From contig CM060733.1 of NCBI GenBank assembly GCA_030704615.1, positions 62,001-126,000 on the forward strand: 64,000 nucleotides of DNA. The letters are read 5' to 3'. Numbering within the stretch: the first letter of the stretch is position 1; each line of letters opens with the position of its first letter. The position numbers were made by a program, and so were the translations under genes. The DNA comes from Takakia lepidozioides (taxonomy: Eukaryota > Plantae > Bryophyta). The notes under the pieces are model-generated. The model saw only the letters and a list, made by a program, of their open reading frames with translations, was not told the DNA's origin and ran no database searches. Shown here piece after piece: positions 11,444 through 23,531 of the stretch.

Positions 11444-14400
11444 ATATGATTGACCTGGAATCCCACCCTCCCACCCTGTTTTTTCAGAGACCCTGAAATG
11501 TAATGGGGTATTCAAATGAGATTGTAAACATGAAAGGGAATGTTAGATGGTGCCCTGTAAAGGGCTGTTTTGTCTTTCAATGACAATGACCTTAGCGGTC
11601 TTGTCCATGTCTTGACATGACATGTATATCTTCCCTCTCTTTATCTGATCAGTGTACTTAGTGGTTTTTGTACACACCATCTACCATTCTCCTTTCCTGA
11701 TTCACCTTCTCATTTTGATGTACTAACAATATTTTTTGAAGGGCCTTGGCAGATAGGCAACAAACACATTCCAAACTGGAATGATGAACTGAAAGCCCTG
11801 GGGTATGAATCTCCTTTGGCCAGGTATGATCTTCTCCAGCAACAGTATGGTTGATTGATTGGGTATGAAAAGTAAGGCATCCTTGATGATATCTGAAATA
11901 AGCATAGAGCATATAAAGGACTTCTGAATGCGATATTATGAGCTAAGCCCTGGTAAGACAGCTTACGGGAGTATGTGTACACCTTATACATGATCCGGTC
12001 AATGCACATTTACTTTTGTTAGCTAGTCTCCTGTAGCCGATGCCTTATATCAGAATCAGATACCTTATGATTGAGTGACTACCATGTCCTTTGATCAAGT
12101 GCTTCTATACTTCTCTCTTAGATATGGTTTTGCTCCTTGTGGCACCATAAGAAAATACCCAACTCTAATCTGTTGTAGAAGATGTTTTGTCTATATCACA
12201 GGCATGGTACCACGGACCTGAGCTGCTGCCGTATCTTGACAAGGTTCCTTGAACGAGGTTCCTTCCCTAGCCCGTTCTTCCCTGTGCAAGAACTTATTGA
12301 GAAACTGAAAGGTTTTTTCTAAAAACTTGTACCTATCCAGAGCTGAGTATACCACTGAACTCTCTGTTCTTTTCTCGTGATACTATACCAGTCTTGCCAT
12401 GATACACTTTATGCCAATGTTTCATTCATGACCCGAGGAAGAGAGGATGTAGGATTCTACTCCCTTGGATAATATAATCTAAGGATAGAACTACATGGAA
12501 GAGGGGAAACCTTATGAGAAGGGGTCTGGTATGCACTCCCTTACGGGGTGAGTGCATACCACACTCACTCCGTAAGGTTCTGCCATGCCAGGGGATTGGC
12601 TGGTGGGTCCCTCTCTCTCCCTCTCTCCCTCTCCCTCTATAACTCTTTGGATTTCATCTGGCCTTAACCTTTTGAGGTTATTTAGTTTTTCATCCCAACC
12701 TTTTTCATCCAAATCTGGATGATATTATTATAGGATGATGAAACTTAATGTACAGAAAGCTTGGTTTACCATCTATTTCTTTCATCTAAACTGGATGAAC
12801 TACATGAATAATGGTTACCTATTTTAAAATCCAAGAGATAATAAAACTACCATCATAAATGATGGCAGTTATTAAACCTAAGCCTATACCATAACCCTAA
12901 AAGATACCTTTTTATTGGATGTCATCCATTGACAATGTGCTTCTCTTGATAAAATGTGATTTTTCATCCACCCTGGATGAGAAATCGGGAAGTTATGCCC
13001 TAAGCACGCCGACACATTTCACAGCACTGAACTCGTGCTTCAGTGAACCTTGATGATGCGCCGCGTAAACCTGCTCCCCTGCTGCTACATGATACTCGTG
13101 ATGGCTGGCTCTTGGGATGCGCATTGGCGGTTAGGCAGATTCATCTCTGGCAGACGACAAAGCGATGATCGCTTTGCTCAGAAACTCATGGTTCTTTATT
13201 TTGCAGCGGCGCTTTTACTCCTCGTTGGGAAGTACTCTATCCCTATTTATATACAGATTACATGTTGCTCTCTTCTTGTATGAGCCATTCTCTATCTGTG
13301 AATGCTTCTACTTTGATTGCGTTCTGTTGGAGACGATCTGTTGGACGCCATGGCGCAGGGCATACCACAAACACTCAAGGTTTTTTGAGTTTACCCTTGC
13401 TTGAATTGTGATCTGTACATGCTTTAGAATTCAACACTGACATGGATAGCAACTGTGAGGACCTGCCACTCACCTGCTGCATCCTCACTAACACACATCG
13501 CTATGTGGTGGTTTTTGGGACGGGCACAGGTGAGGGTCTTCACTTGTCTTGATTTCTTGAAGCTTGCAGCTCCTGTTCTTGCAAATGTGGATACTGCTGC
13601 TGCCTAAGCTGCTGATGCCATTTGCTGCTTCAAACTGCCACCATGCCGCTTCAGACCTGCTCCAAGATGGCTCCAATGAGGATCTGCTTCTCTCCTTACC
13701 CCTGTTTCTGGTTTTTTACAACCACATTTGCATGTGTAGGAGTTAAGCTATGAAGGGTACAAGGGTACAAAATAGCAGTTATTACTCTGACTGCTTTGAT
13801 ACTTGGCTCTGAAATGAAACTTCTTGGTATGACTTTGATGGATCAAAAGGATAAGCTTTGATAGATAACACACATTCTTCAAGGTCCTCATATCATTTTG
13901 GTTTCATGGCTTGATAACAAACAGGGGTTTCTGAGCTGCTCTTTCACCTTGGCAGAGCTATTTTATGAGGCCTTAAATACCATTCCAGGCCTATATCTGC
14001 TTAAGGGGGCTCAACCCTGTTGTTTCTTCTTCCTTTTTAAGAATCTTGCTTGTATCTTGGTCCTGAAACATCAACTTTAAACCAGTACTGTTTCTTAGGG
14101 AAGTGAAATGCTCAAGACCTGGATTTTGTTTGCCTTGGCCGCTAAAGACTCTCAATTTAAAGGCCTGGCTGCAGGCAGGGTTCTTCTGAGTTTCTTTGTT
14201 AACTCAGATCTTTGGAGGTTCTAGAATACCACTCAAGACCTAGATCTGTTTTGGAACACTCAACCTTGCATAGGTTTCTTGTTTACTGCTTGTGGTTTGG
14301 CATTGATACATCACCAAACTAGCTTTGGAATGAAACCTCTCAGCTTGACTCTGTTGTGTCAAACAGGTACGCCTTGTTTAGGGAACACACACACTCATTA

Positions 14401-14919
14401 TGGCTCTCATAGCAGTCTGAATTTGAGGGCTGATAGCAGGCAAATTTGGGATAATTTGCCTTGCTTCTGTTCTATGATTCCTGCTTGTGACACGACACTG
14501 AAACGTCACCTTCAGGCCAGCAATAGCCTCTAGGGATAAGACTCGTTCAAAACCTGGATGTTGGCATGCAGCCTCATGATATATACCATGTCTTGAACCA
14601 TGCCAATAGGGCAAGAGGAAACACGATGTAAACCAACAAATGCTTAAGGCATATTTGTTTGACTGTTCAAACTCAACTTGAATTGTTTTTGAGCATGAGT
14701 CTTGAGGAATGTCCCAAGACCTACAATCTGGTTTTCACAACTTGTTTTGCTAAGGTGTTGTGTCTACTTGCAAATACTTAAGGCATGAATGGCTGGCTGT
14801 TTCAACTTGAAGTGCTATGAGCTTGATTCTGGGAAATATCCCCAAACCTGCAATCTGGTTTTTGAAATGAGTTTGAAATGAGTTTTTGAAATGATGGTGC
14901 AAACTATGGTGCTTTCATG
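11444..14919 (+). repeat. 3476-bp tandem duplication unit, copy 1 (no convincing protein product)
   Basis: ATATGATTGACCTGGAATCCC recurs at 11444, 14920 and 39926; the intervening sequence is near-identical between copies. Confidence 0.95.
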
Positions 14920-16171
14920 ATATGATTGACCTGGAATCCCACCCTCCCACCCTGTTTTTTCAGAGACCCTGAAATGTAATGGGGTATTCAAATGAGATTG
15001 TAAACATGAAAGGGAATGTTAGATGGTGCCCTGTAAAGGGCTATTTTGTCTTTCAATGACAATGACCTTAGCGGTCTTGTCCATGTCTTGACATGACATG
15101 TATATCTTCCCTCTCTTTATCTGATCAGTGTACTTAGTGGTTTTTGTACACACCATCTACCATTCTCCTTTCCTGATTCACCTTCTCATTTTGATGTACT
15201 AACAATATTTTTGAAGGGCCTTGGCAGATAGGCAACAAACACATTCCAAACTGGAATGATGAACTGAAAGCCCTGGGGTATGAATCTCCTTTGGCCAGGT
15301 ATGATCTTCTCCAGCAACAGTATGGTTGATTGATTGGGTATGAAAAGTAAGGCATCCTTGATGATATCTGAAATAAGCATAGAGCATATAAAGGACTTCT
15401 GAATGCCGATATTATGAGCTAAGCCCTGGTAAGACAGCTTACGGGAGTATGTGTACACCTTATACATGATCCGGTCAATGCACATTTACTTTTGTTAGCT
15501 AGTCTCCTGTAGCCGATGCCTTATATCAGAATCAGATACCTTATGATTGAGTGACTACCATGTCCTTTGATCAAGTGCTTCTATACTTCTCTCTTAGATA
15601 TGGTTTTGCTCCTTGTGGCACCATAAGAAAATACCCAACTCTAATCTGTTGCTAGAAGATGTTTTGTCTATATCACAGGCATGGTACCACGGACCTGAGC
15701 TGCTGCCGTATCTTGACAAGGTTCCTTGAACGAGGTTCCTTCCCTAGCCCGTTCTTCCCTGTGCAAGAACTTATTGAGAAACTGAAAGGTTTTTTCTAAA
15801 AACTTGTACCTATCCAGAGCTGAGTATACCACTGAACTCTCTGTTCTTTTCTCGTGATACTATACCAGTCTTGCCATGATACACTTTATGCCAATGTTTC
15901 ATTCATGACCCGAGGAAGAGAGGATGTAGGATTCTACTCCCTTGGATAATATAATCTAAGGATAGAACTACATGGAAGAGGGGAAACCTTATGAGAAGGG
16001 GTCTGGTATGCACTCCCTTACGGGGTGAGTGCATACCACACTCACTCCGTAAGGTTCTGCCATGCCAGGGATTGGCTGGTGGGTCCCTCTCTCTCCCTCT
16101 CTCCCTCTCCCTCTATAACTCTTTGGATTTCATCTGGCCTTAACCTTTTGAGGTTATTTAGTTTTTCATCC
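14920..16171 (+). repeat. Tandem unit copy 2, left part (interrupted by the MULE)
   Basis: Near-identical to 11444-12695; breaks at GTTTTTCATCC where the TIR begins. Confidence 0.95.
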
Positions 16172-16260
16172 GAGGTTTACTATTTCATGAGCAGAAACCA
16201 TGAGCCATGAGCCATGAGCTGCATGAGCCGCATGAGCGGTGAGCTGAAGTCTAAGATACG
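16172..16260 (+). repeat. Left TIR with tandem CATGAGC heptamers
   Basis: GAGGTTTACTATTTCATGAGC followed by about five further CATGAGC units. Confidence 0.85.
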
Positions 16261-16726
16261 CGGATTTCATGAGCGGACTCCTGCAAATTTGGAAATGCGA
16301 CAGATTAAACAAGTATTAAAATAATAGTTTTTTAATTTGACCTTGCCGTTTTTGGACGTTCCAGATCATGTAATGCGGCGAAGATATGTCGTCAGTAACA
16401 AGTCCGCTCATGGTTTTTTAGATCCGCTCATGGAAATAAGTGACCGTGCAACGGGAAATCCAGTATACCACTGCAAAAGGACGTCGCATACTGGCCTGTA
16501 TAGAGTATTCCGCGGTTTTACATGCCTTAACATTGGAATGAAGCTGACCCTTTTGCCGCGATTGAACCAATGGAGTCTGCACCAATAGAGTCTGCAGTAC
16601 TTCACAATTTTGTCTTCTTCGGGTATTCGGCGGGAAAGGTTTGCAACTGAACTAGGAAATAAGGTGCCGCATTAGGGTTGGCACGTGCGAAATTTCGGAG
16701 CGGTTTGGTGTTGGCGAAGGCCGCCT

Positions 16727-19589
16727 CTACCAGTACCTACGACGATACTTGGAAATGCGGCGCCGCATTTCCTTGTCGGAGGTCGAATGAGGAAAGCAAG
16801 TTTTCGAAAAGCAGAAAAACATGAACCCTCCAACATACATCGTCTCCACAATGGCTTGGCCATACTGCATAACAGCGGGCGGAATCTGGGGCAAGGGAGC
16901 GGTGGGAATTTCTCGCACGAAATCCCCGGTTGAAGGCGACGGCGATCTGGAATTTCTTGGGCTTCCACTGTTGGAAGACACATTGTGTGGCAACATGACG
17001 GGACCTCGAGGTGCTGTCCGAATGTTCCTGTCGGATCTCCAGGAATCCTCTTCGCACCCGGGATCCTCTTCAATCCTTCGCCTCACAGGGCGAGTCCGGA
17101 CGTCCCCCTCTAGGTGTTGACCTCTGCGGTGCAGAGGCGTCCCTTTGATCTTCTCTCGCAATGCTGTCGCCCATTTCAGTGGATTCTTGGACCTCGAAGC
17201 TGTTCGTACCAACAATTCCTCCCTGTCCGGCCCAAAGCCCCATTGTTTGCCGCTCAGGAACTTGTAGTACGTGGCTTGCTGCATTGTCGATGTCCTCCGT
17301 TGTGGCCGTCACTACGTCCACCAGATGTGCGGCAGAAGACGCTCGCCAGGAGGAGTGGACCGATTCTGCCATATTCGTGTTCGGCATGTCCGTGTCGGAA
17401 TCCAAGCACCGCTCCTAGAAGGACACAAACAATGGTGAGGGACCAATCAAAATGTCCGTAACAGAAAGACAAATGAACGAAAATGACAGCAGCCTACCTC
17501 CCGCATGTACTGTCCGAACTGTCGATACCGAAATGCCACCACCCCAACCAGCTATGCAATGCTCCCAGATTGGTTGTCTCCACTGCACCTGACGTGTTCC
17601 ACCAAGCCTCGATGATAGCAAACTTAACCTCCACGTCATCAAATGTGGGTGCATCCTTCCACGCCGTACAAAGGACACGGTGTTCAGCCTGGAATGAGCT
17701 AGCAACAAATTTGGTAGTGTAGTGGGATAGACTCTGCATCCAATGGAATCCACAGGATCTCTCTTTCCCCTCCATTGGAACATTGGGGTCCTCACCGTAC
17801 ACACGCCGCACCGCTGCCCAGTTGGCCTGAGCGTTGTCTGCCATGAATCCCCTGAAATTGGGCTCTGGCAATCCCGCCCTTGCCATCTGCTCGTTTATGC
17901 CCTCCCACAGATGCATCTCTGACTGTGTGTCCTCCCCTTTCATCTCGCAGATTGCAATCGTCATGAGCCTCTTGGAGTGATAGTCATAAACATGCGCACC
18001 CATAGTCACCCACTGATGGTTTGTAATTCGCTTGATGTGATCAAACATCACCCAAGCATTCGACAAGTTTCCAGTTGTCATGCGAGTGACCAAGTCGACT
18101 CCACTCCCAGGCCCACACATCGACATTTTGAAAATGTAACAACGATCGGATTCGCTGCCTTGCCCTGGAAACCTGCTACCTTGGATGTAGTCATATCCAG
18201 TCATTCGTTTCACCTCCAGGATTGAGTACATGTCCGACCCCCTGCCGAACTCCTGCTTGCAAGATACGATGTGATTCCGCACATTCGGACTACAAACGTG
18301 CGAACGGACTCCAAGAGGTCACGCATCTCGTCTTCGGTCAAGGGCTCTCGGTCGGAACCATCTTCAGACATGATTTGGCCAAGAGCAATCTTGTGGGCTG
18401 CCTTCAGCTGAATCTGCTTTGGTCTGGCTCCGGGGCTCAATTTCACCTCCTCTTTTATGATGTCGTGTGCTTCCTGCACAGCCTCACGCATGTTGCCTCT
18501 TGCCAAGGGGTGGCAGTGGACCCCAACGTGTATGCAAGCTCTAGTCAAGTCCGGGTGCAAATGGATTACGTAATATTGCTTGGCTCTGCACATGGACATG
18601 CACGTCGGTGGTTCTTTGCAATGTGCACACTTGAAAGAACCCGCAGGAGCTTGGCTGGAGACAATGAATGGATGATGCGTTGTGCCAGTCCAATCCGTCT
18701 CGTTTCTCCGCCCTCCTTTGGAGAGAAAGTGGAAGCAGGTGGGATTGAGGCACCTCAGCTTCCCCGCACAGAGGACATATCGTACACAAACACCATCAGC
18801 AATTTTCGTGCTACTGGTCTTCGTCACACACCAGGGGTGTCCGTCATAGTTTCGATCCATGTCTGTTAACATCCCGGAGGCTTTGTTTGACGAAGAAACA
18901 GGTGGAAACTCAAAGATGACATTGCCATCGACTTCGGGAGGCAGAAACGTTACCTTTCTGACTGGGAATTTGGCATAGTCGAGAGCAGCCAGCTCGGAGC
19001 GAGAACCATCGAGGTGATGTTGTCGTAGGAGCTGCACAATGGACCGGGTTGGAGTTATGCTCGAGGGCACATGCGTAGCACCTACAGAGACGTCCATGCC
19101 GGATTTGAACGACCGTGTGGAGGACATGGGTACCTCAATGCAATCATCTTCCTCGTCGGAAATGTCGAATACGTCCACACGAGAAGCTATGGAGGGTCTT
19201 GACGGTCCAGGTCGGGAATGATTATCGTTGCATACCTCTCTGTTGGCAGTGGCCGCCTGTCGGTTTCCGGACTCCTTTGTGGATGGTGTGGGCAGCGACT
19301 GATTCGGAAAGGGAATGGGCATTCCCACAGCTTGGTACAGGATGGTGTCTGATGGGGGTACGTGCCATTTGATTCCGCAACCTCCGTCGTTACCTAGCAC
19401 GACAATGGTCTCGTCAACCTGTCCAGGAACATCCTTCCTTTCTTCTTCCAAATAAACTGTGCCCGGTTTGAGCTTGAATTTGGAACAAAGGTAAGTTTCA
19501 GTCACTCTACAAAGTCCTCCCTCGTTTGGGATCCAGGCTCTCCCAAGTTGCGGAGGACAGCAAACTATAGCGTAGGAATTCGGAGCCAT
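16727..19589 (-). pseudogene. MULE transposase with N-terminal GCM-like (WRKY-GCM1 superfamily) zinc domain; frameshifted; intron 17415-17497
   Basis: Catalytic pattern WVMFD...FRGFMADNAQANWAAVRRVY...CGFHW (CxxH)...PNTNMAESVH. N-terminal DGHPW...CAGKLRCLNPTC...CAHCK...CRAK...GVHCHP. A GT-AG intron joins GQYMRE to ERCLDSD. Confidence 0.85.
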
Positions 19590-20005
19590 CGAACACCGCA
19601 CGAAGTTGGCAAGTGCGAGGTTCAGTATAGCGACAGACCAAGGCTCACAGGCACCAAGCGGAGTCCATCGATGATTGGAAGTCGCACATTGAAGTGGAAA
19701 GTATTGTTTCAAGCTACATGCATGAAGGTGGGAGGTGTGATTCCATAGCCAGTAAGTATGACAATGATGGCCGATTCGGCGACGAAATAACATCTCCTGA
19801 CAGTTTCTCCTGAGGGTGAATCCAGCAGTATTCTCGGTGCAGACAAGAACGTTCGCACTGACAAGTGCCAGTACTGTTAGTTAAAACGGTCAGACAACCA
19901 AGTTGTGCTCATCAAGACTGGCCGCAATTGTGTTGTTTCGGAACAATGCAACCCATTCAGGTTCCAGATTTCCCGTCCCGAGTGATTCTTTCGATTGCTG
20001 GTCGA

Positions 20006-21850
20006 CGGAAATACGGCGCCGCATTTCCGTATTGCATCTTGGTCATGCACCAGAGCGACGGCAATGCGGCACCGAGTTTCCGTCCGGGGGAAACCTTTAT
20101 ACTCTCCAGAACGGAAATGCGGTACCGCATTTCCATCCAGCAAGCACGGTATGTGAAGGTGGTACGGAAATGCGGTACCGCATTTCCGTTCTGATTGAGA
20201 ATTATGAACAACGGGAACAGAAATGCGGCACCGCATTTCCGTCACAGTCGCACCTTCCGACATACCAGAACAGAAATACGGCGCAACATTTCAGTTTTAT
20301 ATCTGACGCATGGAGCTGAGGGATAGAAATGCTGCACCACATTTCCGTCCTCACAAGACATTCATACTCTCCAGAACGGAAATGCGGTAACACATTTCCA
20401 TCCAACAAGCACGGTATGTGAAGGTGGAACGGAAATGCGGTACCGCATTTCCGTTCTGATTGAGAATTATGAACAACGGGAACAGAAATGCGGCACCGCA
20501 TTTCCGTCCGAGTCGCACTTTCCGACATTCCAGAACGGAAATGCGGCGCCGCATTTCCATTTTGTATCTGATGCATGGAGCCGAGTGCAATTCTGACCTC
20601 TTGAGACATTCATACTATCCAGAACGGAAATGCGGTACCGCATTTCCGTTCTGACTGAAAATCGTGAACCATCGGAACGGAAATGCGGCACCGCATTTCC
20701 ATCCGAGTCGCACCTCCCAACATTCCAGAACGCAAATGCGGCACCGCATTTCCGTTCTGATGAAAAATCGTGAAACATCGGAACTGTAATGCGGTACCGC
20801 ATTTCCGTCGGAGTCGCACCTTCCGACATTCCAAAACGGAAATGCGGCGCCGCATTTCCGTTTTGTATGTGAGGCATGGAGCTGAGGAACGAAAATGCGG
20901 CACCGCATTTCCGCCAGGGTCAGACCTTAAAACTGTACAAAACGGAAATGCGCTACCGCATTTCCGTTCTGATTGAAAATCGTGAACAACGGGAACAGAA
21001 ATGCGGCACCGCATTTCCGTCCGAGTCGCACTTTCCGACATTCTAGAACGGAAATGCGGCGCCGCATTTCCGTTTTGTATATGAGGCCTGGAGTTGTGGG
21101 ACGGAAATGTGGTGCCGCATTTCCATCCATGTGAGACCTTCAAACTTTCCAGACCGGAAATGCGGCACCGCATTTCTGTTCAGGTGAGATCTCTATACTT
21201 TCCCGAACGGAAATGTGGCACGACATTTCCGTTCATCAAGTAAGGTATGTGAAGGGGGAACGGAAATGCGGTACCGTATTTCCGTTCAAATTGAAAATCA
21301 TGAACCGCGGGAACTGAAATGTTGTGCCGCATTTCCGTCCGAATCGCACCTTTCGACATTCCTGAACGGAAATGCGGCGCCGCATTTCCCTTTTGTATCT
21401 CACATATGGAGCTGTGGGACGGAAATGCGGCACCCTATTTCCGTTCAACAACTAAGGTATGTGAAGGGGGAACGCAAATGCGGTACCGCATTTCCGTTCA
21501 GATTGAAAATCATGAACCACGGGAATTGAAATGTTGTGCCGCATTTCCGTCCGAATCGCACCTTTCGACATTCCAAAACGGAAATGCGGCGCCGCATTTC
21601 CCTTTTGTATCTCATACATGGAGTTGTGGGACGGAAATGCGGCACCGTATTTCCGTTCAACAACTAAGGTATGTGAAGGTGGAACGGAAATGCGGTGCCG
21701 CATTTTCTTCCAACAAGTACGGATGTGTAGCTTCGTGATGGTACTTAACGGAAATGCGGCGCCGCATTCGCATTTTCACTCCAACTCATCAGACGTTGGG
21801 ACAAAAATGCCTTGAAATGTGAACACGTGGAGCAACGGAATTGCGGCACA
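20006..21850. repeat. Array of ~33 copies of the palindrome GGAAATGCGG(CA/TA/CG/TG)CCGCATTTCC at 53-bp period
   Basis: Copies start at, for example, 21368, 21421, 21474, 21527, 21580, 21633 and 21686. The spacers form higher-order 212-bp and ~265-bp units. Confidence 0.95.
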
Positions 21851-21900
21851 TGTCTGCACTCTATCTGACTGAAGTGGCATGAGGCGGCGCGGCCTGACCG

Positions 21901-22626
21901 TGTCGCGCACCTCACTTCGGTAAGCTCCCCTTCAAGTCATAGTTACTCGCTTTGATGCGCGCGCCTGACTCCCAACCTGGCCGCCGGGCCAACTTGGAGC
22001 TTCGGCTGCTCACCAGGGCATAACGGTCCCCCCTTTGTTCTCCCAAAGAACCCTCCACCGATTTGGAACCAGCGGGAATTCCCTTTGGTAGTTGGCAGTC
22101 CGGAACAGCTCCCCACTCTTTGGTCGCTTTCCGGCTCGCTCGCTTACTCACTAGTTTTTGGTCACCAACGGGCTTGCACCGTTCTCGGGGTTACTACTCC
22201 CTATATATACTTCTGTAGCTGTCCGCGGGGGTTTCACAACCAGCCATGCCATTTTATGGCGAACCACCACGAAGACCCTCGATTCCCGGTGGTGAGTCGC
22301 GGTGAGTCTTGGCCCACTCACCGCGGCCCCAATGGACCGTGATGAGTCCCAAGACTCCCCACGACTCCCACCACGAGGTCTCCACCCCATGGTGAGTCCT
22401 ATGCCACCCCCACTAAGTCCCGCTAAGCTACCACCACCCTTGTGGAGCCACCCCCACCGCAACCCGGTGTGCGGGGCTCCACCTAGTGAGCGCCTCCGCC
22501 TCCTTGAGTGCCTTGGGCACTCAAGGGTGCTTCAGCCCCCGTACCTATCGCTGCTACTGCCCCCACCACAGGGGCAGCCCCTCTTGTGTCCCGACCCCCC
22601 TGCCCTCAAGGCAAAGGGCCGCGACA
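21901..22626 (-). repeat. 3' LTR of chromovirus copy 1
   Basis: 726 bp, near-identical to 28139-28865. Confidence 0.95.
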
Positions 22627-23531
22627 CACACCCCTACCAACAGGGAGTCGATGTCCTCATCGACTTGTCCATTTTGTAGAAACGAACATCCAAGTTGTGG
22701 CGTCCCACATCAAGGAGTTTGTTTCCGTACCATGGCGTCCCATGGCAAAGAACCAAACCCCACACTTGACTCTACTCTCCACTAGCTAGTTCGGCCGACT
22801 TCCTCCAAGTCCCGGCCAAGGGTGGAGCCTCTCAAGCTCCTCCCAGTGCACTCTTCTTGGCCTACTTCAAGGCCAAGGAACGATCCTCCCGAGGATCGAA
22901 TCGCCTTACTGCAACAACATTGCTTGCGACCGCTCATGATGCCGCTTTTGGCATCACCTTGAGCAAGGGTTCACCTGGAACCCTCTTTGACTAGGAAGAT
23001 AACCTTGAACCAACCGTGCGCCCCAATCACTACAATTGGGTCCGCCTTGGAATGCTGGCCTGAGGTACGGGAACACGCCGAAGCCGCACTACGACTTCGT
23101 CCCGAGGCTACACGATTATAGTACGTGAACGGAAGCACGTAGCTTCCGCGTTAGCCCGCACTACAAGGCAACCCCCTCGGTAGCGCAGTTATAGTACGCG
23201 CACGCGCCAGGTGCGCACTAGCACGTGAACTCCCAAAGAAGGCGCAAGTTTCCTTGCCCCTTGGATGGGGGTCACCCGATTTCGGCACTACGCAAACACA
23301 CGATTAACCCAATTTACCTCTCCCACTTTTATAAGCTAGCATGCATTCTACACACTAGCCAACCATACCATGCATCACCATTCCAAACAAAATAGGACGC
23401 ACAACATTTGGAACCCATTTCCTTTATAACAAATTTTTGTACAATACAAGTTTTTGCAATCGGATTCCTAAGCTAGCTAAGCCGGGCTAAGCATGCATTT
23501 CCTCCCCCACGCTCCAAGGTTGATGTCCCCA

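Noticed and set aside
11641-14919. Protein-coding genes in the tandem unit
   Set aside because: Only short ORFs without recognisable motifs, and they shift frame between copies. 11800-12530 may be decayed coding DNA, but I could not assign it.
12609-15116. Helitron or snoRNA cluster
   Set aside because: No TC...CTRR ends with a subterminal hairpin, and no convincing paired C/D boxes with terminal stems.
19865-21815. Many overlapping ORFs rich in GNAAPHF / EMRCRIS / RKCGTAF
   Set aside because: They are translations of the stop-poor palindrome array in all frames; the same applies to 34230-35377.
20006-21850. CRISPR array (22-bp palindromic repeat with 31-bp spacers)
   Set aside because: The spacers are homologous to each other in 4- and 5-unit higher-order repeats, there are no cas genes, and the context is an intron-containing eukaryotic transposon.
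21912-22789. ORFs within chromovirus LTRs (also 28150-28880, 48868-49491, 54971-55898)
   Set aside because: GC-rich LTR sequence gives incidental ORFs, which recur only because the LTR is repeated four times.
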